Positions 55,486-64,000 of a DNA stretch of 64,000 nt are shown here, piece by piece. Numbering within the stretch: position 1 is the first letter of the stretch; every line of letters starts with the position of its first letter. A model generated the notes under the pieces. It had not been told where the DNA came from. It did no database searches and saw only the letters and a program-made list of their open reading frames with translations. Origin of the DNA: Patescibacteria group bacterium (lineage in GTDB: Bacteria > Patescibacteriota > JABMPQ01 > JAQVVF01); assembly GCA_041662665.1 (NCBI GenBank), contig JBAZSC010000001.1, positions 257,511-321,510 on the forward strand, written 5' to 3'. Made by a program: the position numbers and the translations under genes.

Positions 55486-56651
55486 TGCCAAATCCAGAAC
55501 AACCAATTCAAGAAAATCTAGCTGATATTAAAGAGCCTTCAAAGCAAACAGAAGGCGGTCTTGAAATTGCCAAAACAGAAGCTTCAGAAAGAGTTGTTAA
55601 AACTGCCGATCAAATTCATAATGCAATGGAAGCAAATGAACCAGTCTATAAAAAAACAGTTGATGAACTAAGAGAGGCATTATCAAAGCTTGAGTATAAT
55701 TTTTATGGCGAAAAAATGACGTTGCAAGAGATAAAAGAGATTCAAGAACAAAATAAAGAAGCTTGGGAAATGATTACAACTGGAAGAAATTTCAATGTTT
55801 GGCTGCTAAATCGCATCCTAACATTTCTGACTCCTGATGTTGCTAAACGCTTAGTAGAAAGAATGAAGCCAAATCAAAATTCATTATTATATCTTGATAG
55901 CTTAAAAAGTATCTCTACAAAAGTCGCCCAAGAATTAATAAAACATGAAGGTCCATTATATCTAGATGGAGTAGAAGAAATGTCTCTTGATGTCTTAAAA
56001 AGCTTATGTCAAAAAGAACACAAAACAGGATTAAGTCTAGGACTAAAATCTATATCTAAAGAGCAAGCCGAAGTTATCAAAAATTACAAAGGTCCAATTA
56101 GCTTAACAAAGCTTACAGAAATGGATTCTGCTTCTGCGCATGAACTAGGCGAATTACAAGGTTATTCATTAAGATTAGGTTTAGAAAGCTTGCCTCCAGA
56201 TGTCGCGCAAGAATTAGCAAATTTTAAAAGCGATGAAAGCAATTCTTACAAAAAATTATCTTTTATTTCATTGCAATATATTTCTCCAGAATCTGCCCAA
56301 AAATTTGATTCTTACGTTCAAGAATTAAATTTTGTCACAATGGAAAAAATAGATTTAGAAACAGCAAAAGGATTTAGAAATTTTTCCGGCACATTGGAAT
56401 TTGGTGATTTTATAGAATTTGACGATGAAACAGCCAAAGCTCTTTCAGAAAGCGATGCAGATTTAGGATTGAATATTTTAAAAGAAATTTCTCTACAAGC
56501 TTTACGATATTTTGCCAGCCGACAGAAAAAAGTTTATTTAACTGGCTTAGAAGCAGAGAATCTAACACCAGAACATTTGCGCATTATTGCCAATTCCGAA
56601 AATATTGTAGTTGATAATGAAATCAAAGAATTAGCAGCCAAACATAAATAA
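55485..56651 (+). CDS. LRR-like repeat protein with conserved N-terminal leader, paralog 5
   Basis: Leader DNA 55494-55570 is identical to 54919-54995; about 10 L.L..L..IS...A..L repeats. Confidence 0.75.
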   Translation: MPNPEQPIQENLADIKEPSKQTEGGLEIAKTEASERVVKTADQIHNAMEANEPVYKKTVDELREALSKLEYNFYGEKMTLQEIKEIQEQNKEAWEMITTGRNFNVWLLNRILTFLTPDVAKRLVERMKPNQNSLLYLDSLKSISTKVAQELIKHEGPLYLDGVEEMSLDVLKSLCQKEHKTGLSLGLKSISKEQAEVIKNYKGPISLTKLTEMDSASAHELGELQGYSLRLGLESLPPDVAQELANFKSDESNSYKKLSFISLQYISPESAQKFDSYVQELNFVTMEKIDLETAKGFRNFSGTLEFGDFIEFDDETAKALSESDADLGLNILKEISLQALRYFASRQKKVYLTGLEAENLTPEHLRIIANSENIVVDNEIKELAAKHK

Positions 56652-56677
56652 TTTTATATATTAAATTTTTTAAAACT

Positions 56678-58567
56678 ATGGCAACAGAACAAGGACCAAA
56701 ACCAGAACAAAAAGAAATTGATCGAAACAAAGAATTAACGCCAGATGAATTAAGACAAGGATTAAGCGATCTTAAAACAGAATTTTGCACAAAATTAGGC
56801 GAGGAGCTTGGCATGCAACTAACTTTGCCAGCTGGAACAAAAATTGGTGAATTAGATCTTAGTGGTAAAACTTTAGCTGAACTTTTTGATAGCTTAATGC
56901 GACCATTGGAAACTTATGAGCCTCCAATAATCAGAGAAGAACAACAAGAAGTGCAAGAAAAACCAACCGAAATTCCAGAATGGCTAATTGGCCATGAAGA
57001 TTTAATCTGGAAGGGAACACATGATAATCCAAGATGGCAAGCTAAAGCAACACAATCTGGCAGTGAAGTCAGTGTTACATACAAAAGACGCAATAAAGAA
57101 TACAAACCAGGAAAAACAAAAGAAGAACAAGGAAAGGCATTAGAACCAGTTGAAAATACTTTTACACTAAAAGAATGGAAAGTCGCCAAACAAATTTTTG
57201 ATGGCTATGATGATTTAATGAAGCGTTATGAACAAGGTGATAGAGAAGCAAGAAAAGAATTCTTAGCAATTTTACGAGAAGAAAATAAATTTAGACGAGG
57301 TAGTGGTGAAACGCCAGCAATTTTAGCGCAAAAAGTTGAAGATGCTGTTAATACAACTGCTGAAACAACCAGAGGTTTTAGGCGCGATTCAATAGATCAA
57401 GAAGCATTAACTCAAAAAATTGCGGAATTATTAAGTCAATTAGTCGTTTTAAATGCTACCAGAGGCGAAGGTAAAGAACGTGTACCTGTCGTAAAAAAAA
57501 GCATTAAAGAATTTCCAACGTTTATATTAGGACTAGAAAAAATAGCAAAAGCTTTAGATACTCAACTAAAAAGCAATAAAGGTCTGACATTAATAATTGG
57601 CGAGGCTGGAACTGGAAAAAATGAGGCTGCAAGTCATTTAGCTGGAAATACAAATCGACCATATTTTTGGTTTCCTTGCGCTCGCGGTATGGAGTCAATT
57701 GAATTAGTTGTCCATTATGAATTTGATTCTAAAGAAGGTACAAAAAAATTCTTAACAGATCTTGCAGAAGGTGTCCAAACTCCAGGCGCAATTGTTATGA
57801 TTGATGAAGCCAATGCTTTGAAACAAGAAGTTCAAGCCATGTTTCATGGTTTAGGCGATGAAAACAGAAGCTTGAATTATGACGGCGTCCATATTCCTGT
57901 TGCTGAAGGCGTTGTTATAATTATTGCTGTCAATCCTGCAACTTATGGTTCAGCTGGAAATATTGGCCAAGCATTACTTTCTAGAACTAGAGGTCAAGCA
58001 GTGGTTATGGAATATCCAGCTTTGAGAAAAGGTGAATTTCAGAAAAATAAAAATAAATGGTCAGATGCTGTTTTGGCGCAAAAAGAAGGAGAAGATAATA
58101 CTTTGCGTGATTATGCTTGTGATGAAGTCCAAGTTACTCGCAGTCAATTTAATGAGCTAGCAGAACTTTCAGATTCAGAATTTGCTTTGCTTTGGGATGT
58201 CGTAATTAATGAAACAACTCAAGGTCAAAAAGTTACAGATCTAGAAAAAGATGAAAAATTAAAATATTTATTAAGTGAAAATCTAAAAGAGCATACTACT
58301 AAATTGCTAAGAGATCTTCGCGATATTGAAAGAATTGCTGATACTTGGCGAAAATATTATGAAAAAAGGGCAGGCGGAATGGATATCATTGGTGTCAGCA
58401 TGCGTGATACAATTGCAGTTGCCAAAGAATACAAGGACACCGGCGATGTTCGCAAGGCTTATCTAGAAGTTATGGATGATTTTAGAAAGAATCCAATCGA
58501 AGGATTAGATGTAACTTTAAAAGCTTTGGAAGAATTGATTGAAAAGACTTTGGGAGAACAAGCTTAA
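56678..58567 (+). CDS. MoxR/CbbQ-like AAA+ ATPase with long N-terminal extension
   Basis: Walker A GEAGTGKN, Walker B VMIDEAN, AVNP..Y, ALLSR, SMR sensor; adjacent VWA gene. Confidence 0.85.
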   Translation: MATEQGPKPEQKEIDRNKELTPDELRQGLSDLKTEFCTKLGEELGMQLTLPAGTKIGELDLSGKTLAELFDSLMRPLETYEPPIIREEQQEVQEKPTEIPEWLIGHEDLIWKGTHDNPRWQAKATQSGSEVSVTYKRRNKEYKPGKTKEEQGKALEPVENTFTLKEWKVAKQIFDGYDDLMKRYEQGDREARKEFLAILREENKFRRGSGETPAILAQKVEDAVNTTAETTRGFRRDSIDQEALTQKIAELLSQLVVLNATRGEGKERVPVVKKSIKEFPTFILGLEKIAKALDTQLKSNKGLTLIIGEAGTGKNEAASHLAGNTNRPYFWFPCARGMESIELVVHYEFDSKEGTKKFLTDLAEGVQTPGAIVMIDEANALKQEVQAMFHGLGDENRSLNYDGVHIPVAEGVVIIIAVNPATYGSAGNIGQALLSRTRGQAVVMEYPALRKGEFQKNKNKWSDAVLAQKEGEDNTLRDYACDEVQVTRSQFNELAELSDSEFALLWDVVINETTQGQKVTDLEKDEKLKYLLSENLKEHTTKLLRDLRDIERIADTWRKYYEKRAGGMDIIGVSMRDTIAVAKEYKDTGDVRKAYLEVMDDFRKNPIEGLDVTLKALEELIEKTLGEQA

Positions 58568-58574
58568 ATCAGTT

Positions 58575-58652
58575 TCAAAGTTATAAAGTTATAAAGTTCT
58601 TAAAGCTATGACGACTTTATGAACTTTATTAACTTTACAAACTTTATAACTT
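58575..58652. repeat. Inverted 8-mer array (TAAAGTTA/TAACTTTA)
   Basis: aaagttataaagttataaagtt ... aactttattaactttacaaactttataact. Confidence 0.85.
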
Positions 58653-58659
58653 AATCTTT

Positions 58660-60591
58660 ATGTCATATTTAAACCCATTTGAAAGAGTACCACAATTTCA
58701 AGAGCTTGGCGATCCTGATTTATTTCGCCAAGAAATAGCAGAGCGTGCCAAAACAGCAACTCCAGAAGAAACAGAAAGATTATTATCAAATCTTGAAAGA
58801 TATTCTCAAGCTCCAGACCGAAATATTGAGCTTTATACAGATCCAAATTTAGATACTTTTTGTTGCGCCGAAGTGCCAGCACAAAAAGTTATACAGTCAG
58901 GAGAAATAGTTGATGATCCTGCAAAAAAGACATATTTAATTGGCGTACCATTTATTTATGCAGCCGGCAAAGCACCAGAAAAATTTTTACGTGGTGAAAT
59001 TTTACATGAACGTGGACACGCTGAATTCTCGCAATTTAGTATGTTTGAAAGATTAAGAAAATTAGCAAGGCAAGAAGGGTATGATGAAGGAGAAATAATG
59101 AGTGGAATAAATTGTGCTGAAGATCCAAGAATGGAGAGACTAGTTGGCGGACCATTGCATCCAAATGAACGAGAGCAAATGTTTGAAAAAAATCGTCAGT
59201 TAATTATTCCAAGTATTGCCAAGGGTTTAGATGAAATGCAACCAGCTGAACAATTTAAATTTATTTTGAAACTAGAAGGTCTATGGAATATTTATGGTAA
59301 AGATTTAAAGGATACTCCAAAGCCTTGGTCAATTGACAAATTACATCCAGATGTTGCCAAAGAATTTAAAGCAGTTGAATCTTCTTTGAGGAAAATAACT
59401 GGCGATGCAACAAATCCAGCAATGAAAGTCATGGCATTAGTTGAAAAAACTTTTGTTGATAATATTTGGCAAGCTCAAAAAAGATTACTTGATAAATATC
59501 CGCCAAAAAAAGAAGAAGGAAAAACAGGCAAAGGCCAAGGAAAAGGACAGCCAGGACAAGGCGAGCCTCAACCAGGCGAGCCAACAGAGCCGTTAGATCC
59601 AACTAATACTGACAATTGGCCACCAGAATTAAAAAAAATTATTGAAAAATTCAAGAATGAACATCAAAAGAAGCTAGAACAAAAAGCTGATCAAGCAAAA
59701 GCTGATGCAGAAAAAGGTAAAGAAAATGCTGAAAATTTAGCACAAGAAAAACATGAGCTTTTGAAAACTCGCGATCAATTTGATACTCCAGAAATGCGTG
59801 AAAGATATAATACTTTAAGCGCAGAAGTTAGTCCAATTACCGGACAATTAAAAAGATCATTTAAAAGATTTGTCCCAAAAGTTACAGAACCAGGACTTGA
59901 ATGGGGCAGAAAAGGCGGACGTTATTCAGAACGAAGAAGAATCATGCGAGCAGGATCAGGTCATGAAAAGCCAATGGGCAAAAGAGAGCATCCAGAAGAA
60001 ACAGCTCTTGCTTTACAATTATTAGTCGATGTTAGCGGTTCAATGTACGGACAAAATAAAGAAAGAATTAAAAATGCGATCAAAGCTTGCATTGCAATTA
60101 GTGAAGCTGCAAAAGACAATAATATCGTAATTGAGATTTTAGCTAATGATGAAAAAAATGTTTCAAATGATATTAGATATCAGATCAAAGGTTTTAATGA
60201 GCCTTATGATGGCAGAACAAAATCAAGAATAGTACAAATGATGGAAGCTTTTGGCGGAGATAATAAAGATGCCGACGCAATCATGGCAGCAGTTCCAAGA
60301 ATACGTAAAAGAATTCAAACATTGCGCGCTGAAGCAGATCGAGTTGGCTCTTTGATTATTGATATAACTGATAGCACAACTCAGAGTCCTGATACAAGGG
60401 ATGCTGTTGAACAAGCAAGAAAATTTAGTCCAATGGAGGGAACAGCGATTACTCCAGAAGGTGAGATCCCAGGAATGGTTAAATTTCATTTTGGACCGCA
60501 GAGCATTATTCCAAGATCGCTTAATGAATTTCCAGACGCAATTCAGCAAATTCTAGAGCGACATGTTAGAAGATTGAGACCAAGACAATAA
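58660..60591 (+). CDS. VWA-domain protein with N-terminal HExxH domain (CobT-like architecture)
   Basis: ILHERGH...NCAEDPRME, Gly/Gln/Pro linker, MIDAS DVSGSM, ITD. Confidence 0.85.
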   Translation: MSYLNPFERVPQFQELGDPDLFRQEIAERAKTATPEETERLLSNLERYSQAPDRNIELYTDPNLDTFCCAEVPAQKVIQSGEIVDDPAKKTYLIGVPFIYAAGKAPEKFLRGEILHERGHAEFSQFSMFERLRKLARQEGYDEGEIMSGINCAEDPRMERLVGGPLHPNEREQMFEKNRQLIIPSIAKGLDEMQPAEQFKFILKLEGLWNIYGKDLKDTPKPWSIDKLHPDVAKEFKAVESSLRKITGDATNPAMKVMALVEKTFVDNIWQAQKRLLDKYPPKKEEGKTGKGQGKGQPGQGEPQPGEPTEPLDPTNTDNWPPELKKIIEKFKNEHQKKLEQKADQAKADAEKGKENAENLAQEKHELLKTRDQFDTPEMRERYNTLSAEVSPITGQLKRSFKRFVPKVTEPGLEWGRKGGRYSERRRIMRAGSGHEKPMGKREHPEETALALQLLVDVSGSMYGQNKERIKNAIKACIAISEAAKDNNIVIEILANDEKNVSNDIRYQIKGFNEPYDGRTKSRIVQMMEAFGGDNKDADAIMAAVPRIRKRIQTLRAEADRVGSLIIDITDSTTQSPDTRDAVEQARKFSPMEGTAITPEGEIPGMVKFHFGPQSIIPRSLNEFPDAIQQILERHVRRLRPRQ

Positions 60592-60607
60592 TTTACCATA
60601 ATAAAAA

Positions 60608-60693
60608 AGCTCCGTATAATATTCCGCGTGTAATCCGTCGTATCCGCGTTTTTAACGCAGATTTAACGGATTGCACGCGGACATTATGGAGCT
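60608..60693. repeat. TCCGCG/CGCGGA inverted array between convergent genes
   Basis: agctccgta...tccgcg...cgcgga...tatggagct. Confidence 0.7.
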
Positions 60694-60694
60694 T

Positions 60695-61822
60695 TTATTT
60701 TACTGTAATTTCAGTATTTCCAGACGGCACTGTCTTTTGCCAGAACGGCGAAAAATAAACTTCAACAGTTTCTATATCCTCTTTATATTTATTATAATAA
60801 GTTTTAACTTCATCATTATTAAATCCCGTAATTTTTTCTTTATCCAAAGCTTCTTTTGCTAAAACAGGTTTTAAAAAAGCTGAGCAATAAATTTTAAAAA
60901 CTGCTTGGTTTTTTTTAGGATCAATTTCAATAATTTCTGCTTTAAAATTTTCATCATCAAGTTCAGAAAATTCTTTTTCACCGATTATCTGATCTTTTAG
61001 TTTTGCAATTGCTAAATTTTCCAGCATTTCTTTATTTAAAATCACACCAGTTATTTTTAATTTTAAATCAGCCTTTAGACTATCCGCTTCAGTATTTGCA
61101 TCGACTGATGATTTGAAGCTAGAAATTTCTTTTTTAAATAATTGATCCCAGAGCTCTTCATTTTCTTTTTGCTCATTTTTTGTATCATCCAAAAATTTTG
61201 CAAATAAACTATCAGAAATTTTAACTCTTAAATTATTTAGATCTTCTTCAGAAACAATCTTGCCAGTTTTTTCTCCGCCAGTAAATTCTTGTTTATTTTC
61301 AGCATAAACCAAATTTTTCCATCCATCCCAAAGTTTTACAAAATTAAATTTAGTTGGCGCCAAATTTCCGGCAACTCCTTTTTGTGTTGCCACAATTTTC
61401 ATTTCTACTTTATCATTCGGTTTTAAAACCAATGGTCCTGTTGTCTTAAAAATTATATCCGAATCTACAGGCTTTAATTGCGAAGAAGCTAAAAGAGTTA
61501 AGCTTTTTGTTTGTTTATTATAAATTGTCACTTTGCCAGTAGCAAAATCATCAACTGTTTTGCTTTTGATTTCACTCGTTTCATCAGAACCAGAAATTTC
61601 TTTTTCAATAAACCTGCCGCTTACTGAAGTTGCATTAATTTTGTCTTTGCCAACTGCAATTTCAAAATTTGTCTCAATCTTTTCTTTTCTCAAATTCAAA
61701 ATTATTTTAGCTTTAGAAAAAGAAGTATAGAAAACAAAAATCAGAATCAAAAAACTAATAATTCCAAAAATAAATATTGCTTTGTATGGTGAACGCGATG
61801 GTCCAATTCTACCTAGATTCAT
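60695..61822 (-). CDS. Membrane-anchored protein with baseplate-J-like domain
   Basis: N-terminal TM; ATGKVTIYN, V.A...G..GN, FTGG. Confidence 0.6.
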   Translation of the reverse strand: MNLGRIGPSRSPYKAIFIFGIISFLILIFVFYTSFSKAKIILNLRKEKIETNFEIAVGKDKINATSVSGRFIEKEISGSDETSEIKSKTVDDFATGKVTIYNKQTKSLTLLASSQLKPVDSDIIFKTTGPLVLKPNDKVEMKIVATQKGVAGNLAPTKFNFVKLWDGWKNLVYAENKQEFTGGEKTGKIVSEEDLNNLRVKISDSLFAKFLDDTKNEQKENEELWDQLFKKEISSFKSSVDANTEADSLKADLKLKITGVILNKEMLENLAIAKLKDQIIGEKEFSELDDENFKAEIIEIDPKKNQAVFKIYCSAFLKPVLAKEALDKEKITGFNNDEVKTYYNKYKEDIETVEVYFSPFWQKTVPSGNTEITVK

Positions 61823-61834
61823 GAGCTTAAAAAA

Positions 61835-62308
61835 CTAAAAATTTAAAAATCTAAAAAAATTAAAAACGTTTACGCGACGGCGTCTTATTTTATATTTATG
61901 ATTTTTGACTTTAGATTTGACAACACTTGGCCAATTTTGTTTCAACCAGATTTTTGATTTCACAAAATATTCTTCTAAACCGCGTTTTGCCATTTCACTT
62001 CGTATAATTCCGCCTTTATGCGGATGGCGAAAAGACTGAGCAAGTGGGGAATTGAATCCATGCGCATAATGAACAAGTTCATGTATAATTGTGCCATCTA
62101 CAACAAATTGTGGAATTTTTTCATCTTTGAAATAAGAAGTCAAAGTAATAACAGTCTGATTATTTTTAGGATTTAATTTAATAGATCCCAACCTTGCTTT
62201 TGCTTTTCTTCCAAACAAAATAACAATCTCATTTTTAATCGGCACATCAGAAAAATGATTTTGTAAAAAAAATAAAAGTCTTTGTTTTAACCAATTATTA
62301 TCACGCAT
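61835..62308 (-). CDS. SprT-like zinc metalloprotease domain protein
   Basis: RLGSI, IHELVHY.HG, HPH.GG. Confidence 0.75.
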   Translation of the reverse strand: MRDNNWLKQRLLFFLQNHFSDVPIKNEIVILFGRKAKARLGSIKLNPKNNQTVITLTSYFKDEKIPQFVVDGTIIHELVHYAHGFNSPLAQSFRHPHKGGIIRSEMAKRGLEEYFVKSKIWLKQNWPSVVKSKVKNHKYKIRRRRVNVFNFFRFLNF

Positions 62309-62314
62309 AATCGA

Positions 62315-62381
62315 GTTAACTAGTAACAAGTAATTAGTAACTAGAAAACGACAGTTACTAGTTACAGGTTACTAGTTACCA
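62315..62381. repeat. Inverted 7-mer array (AGTAACT/AGTTACT)
   Basis: actagtaacaagtaattagtaactag ... gttactagttacaggttactagttac; half-copies at 14306-14340 and 32865-32900. Confidence 0.8.
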
Positions 62382-62384
62382 ATT

Positions 62385-64000
62385 TTACTTCGTCATTGTC
62401 ACGTTTCCACTACCTACAACCATCTCAATCTGGCTCAAAACTTTCGGATCGTACAAGATTTTTGATTTTGCTTTAATCTTTTTAAAACTTCCATCATGAT
62501 AAGGAATATTTAAAAAAACATCAGTTGATCCTAAATTATTTAAAATAATCGGTTTTAAATCTTCAATAATTTTGGAATTTGCGTTTTTTGGAATATTTAT
62601 TTCGATTGATTTTGGAATTTCCTCTTTTGCAACTTCAATATCTTTATCAGAAATAATTTTTACTTTGTCAGCCAAAATTTTAACCTCGCCATCTCGATCA
62701 TTGACCTTGCCATCAATCAAAACAACTTTTTCTTCCTGCCAAATCAGAGGATATTTTTTTAAAACAGATGGAAAAACAACAATCTCGCAACTGCCAGTCA
62801 TATCTTCAATTTCCACAAACAGCATTGGATCATTTTTTTTCGTAAATATTTTTTTAGTCTTTGCAATTACACCTCCAACCTTAATTTTTTGTTCATTCAT
62901 GCTGATATTCAGTTGATTTATTGGAATAGCAACAGCATTCAAATAATCTTTATATTCATCAACTGGATGCTCTGAAACATAAAGCCCAAGTAATTCCTTT
63001 TCCCATGCCAATCTCATTTTTTTTGTTGCAGGTTCTGCTTGATCTAATTTTAAATTGATAGTTGAAACTTCATTTTTTTTATTACCAAATAAATCTGTTT
63101 GACCAGAATCTAATTCCTTTTGAACTGATTTAGAAAAAGTTAAAATCTTATCAATATTTTGCAGGACTTGATTTCTCTCAATTAAAGAATCTAAAGCGCC
63201 AGCTTTTGCCAATGCCTCAATTGATTTTTTATTCAAATCTTTGTGTCGCACTCTTCTAACAAATTCAGTAAAGTCTTTAAATTTTCCAGCTTTCTTTCTT
63301 TCTTTATAAATTGCTTCTGCAATAGTTGCGCCAACATTTTTTATAGCATTAAAAGCAAATCTAATACATTTTCCACGCTCTTTTACTACACCAAAATTTG
63401 GAAAACTTTCATTAACATCAGGAGGCAAAACTTCTATTCCCATTTCTTCGCATTCAGTAATCTCAATTGCAATTCTATCCATATTCTGCTGATCAGAAGT
63501 CAGCAATGAAGCCATGAATTCAACTGGATAATGAGATTTTAAATAAGCAGTTCGATAACCAATCAAAGCATAGCAAGCAGCATGAGATCTATTAAAACCA
63601 TAGCCAGCAAAAGGCTCGATAAAAGCAAAAACTTTTCTGGCAACTTCTTCTGCAATTCCATTCGCAACACAACCCTTGATAAATTTATCCTTTTGCTCTT
63701 CCAATAATTTTTTTATTTTCTTGCCAACAGCTTTTCTCAAAACATCAGCTTCGCCTAAAGTAAAGCCAGCCAAGTCTCTCGCAATTTGCATCAATTGTTC
63801 CTGATATACAGCAATACCAAAAGTTTTATTTAAGATCGGTTCAAGCTTTGGATGTACATATTCAACTTGCTTTCTGCCATGTTTGCCATCAATGTAAGAA
63901 GGAATCCATTCCATTGGACCTGGACGATATAAAGCAACCATAGCAATTAAATCTTCAAAATTAGTTGGTTTTAACAATTTTAAATATCTTCTCATGCCCG
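62385..64000 (-). CDS. dnaE: DNA polymerase III alpha subunit, C-terminal part (5'-truncated by window edge)
   Basis: ALYRPGPM, VYQEQLM, FAGYGFNRSHA, LPPDVNES, EKELLGLYVSEHP. Confidence 0.97.
   Translation of the reverse strand, partial: GMRRYLKLLKPTNFEDLIAMVALYRPGPMEWIPSYIDGKHGRKQVEYVHPKLEPILNKTFGIAVYQEQLMQIARDLAGFTLGEADVLRKAVGKKIKKLLEEQKDKFIKGCVANGIAEEVARKVFAFIEPFAGYGFNRSHAACYALIGYRTAYLKSHYPVEFMASLLTSDQQNMDRIAIEITECEEMGIEVLPPDVNESFPNFGVVKERGKCIRFAFNAIKNVGATIAEAIYKERKKAGKFKDFTEFVRRVRHKDLNKKSIEALAKAGALDSLIERNQVLQNIDKILTFSKSVQKELDSGQTDLFGNKKNEVSTINLKLDQAEPATKKMRLAWEKELLGLYVSEHPVDEYKDYLNAVAIPINQLNISMNEQKIKVGGVIAKTKKIFTKKNDPMLFVEIEDMTGSCEIVVFPSVLKKYPLIWQEEKVVLIDGKVNDRDGEVKILADKVKIISDKDIEVAKEEIPKSIEINIPKNANSKIIEDLKPIILNNLGSTDVFLNIPYHDGSFKKIKAKSKILYDPKVLSQIEMVVGSGNVTMTK

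Noticed and set aside
60695-61822. Prophage or tailocin inferred from the baseplate-J-like gene
   Set aside because: Membrane-anchored singleton next to dnaE with no other phage genes.
2280-62381. CRISPR array
   Set aside because: The repeats are short tandem or palindromic, with no constant repeat alternating with unique spacers and no cas genes.
1-64000. Alternative genetic code (UGA=Gly)
   Set aside because: TGA ends intact genes (helicase, gatB) and long ORFs translate fully under code 11.

Overview
This is AT-rich chromosomal DNA in genetic code 11, most consistent with a Patescibacteria/CPR (Parcubacteria-like) genome. The housekeeping backbone comprises pilM, a pilin, pyk, ppsA, five tRNAs, rmuC, an intein-containing UvrD-nuclease, pheS/pheT, gyrB, secE-nusG-rplK-rplA, a ThyX-like gene, tmk, gatB, miaA, miaB, folC, thrS and part of dnaE. 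Main observation: there are two gene classes. Housekeeping genes have AT-only leaders with no Shine-Dalgarno (SD). Eleven scattered, stand-alone, mostly unrecognisable genes share one layout: a TTGACA-17-TAnnnT-type promoter, a boxA-like heptamer (GYWCYYT), a very strong GGAGG SD, the ORF, usually a second heptamer, and an intrinsic terminator. Other observations: a five-member LRR-like family with a conserved acidic N-terminal leader, two members of which sit next to a MoxR AAA+/VWA pair; tandem duplications that carried fragments of neighbouring core genes; many inverted 7/8-mer arrays and REP-like palindromes, several in frame inside core proteins; broken four-helix-bundle and GIY-YIG genes; and archaeal-type CarS and riboflavin kinase genes inside core operons. 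All calls come from reading motifs by eye; no database search was run.
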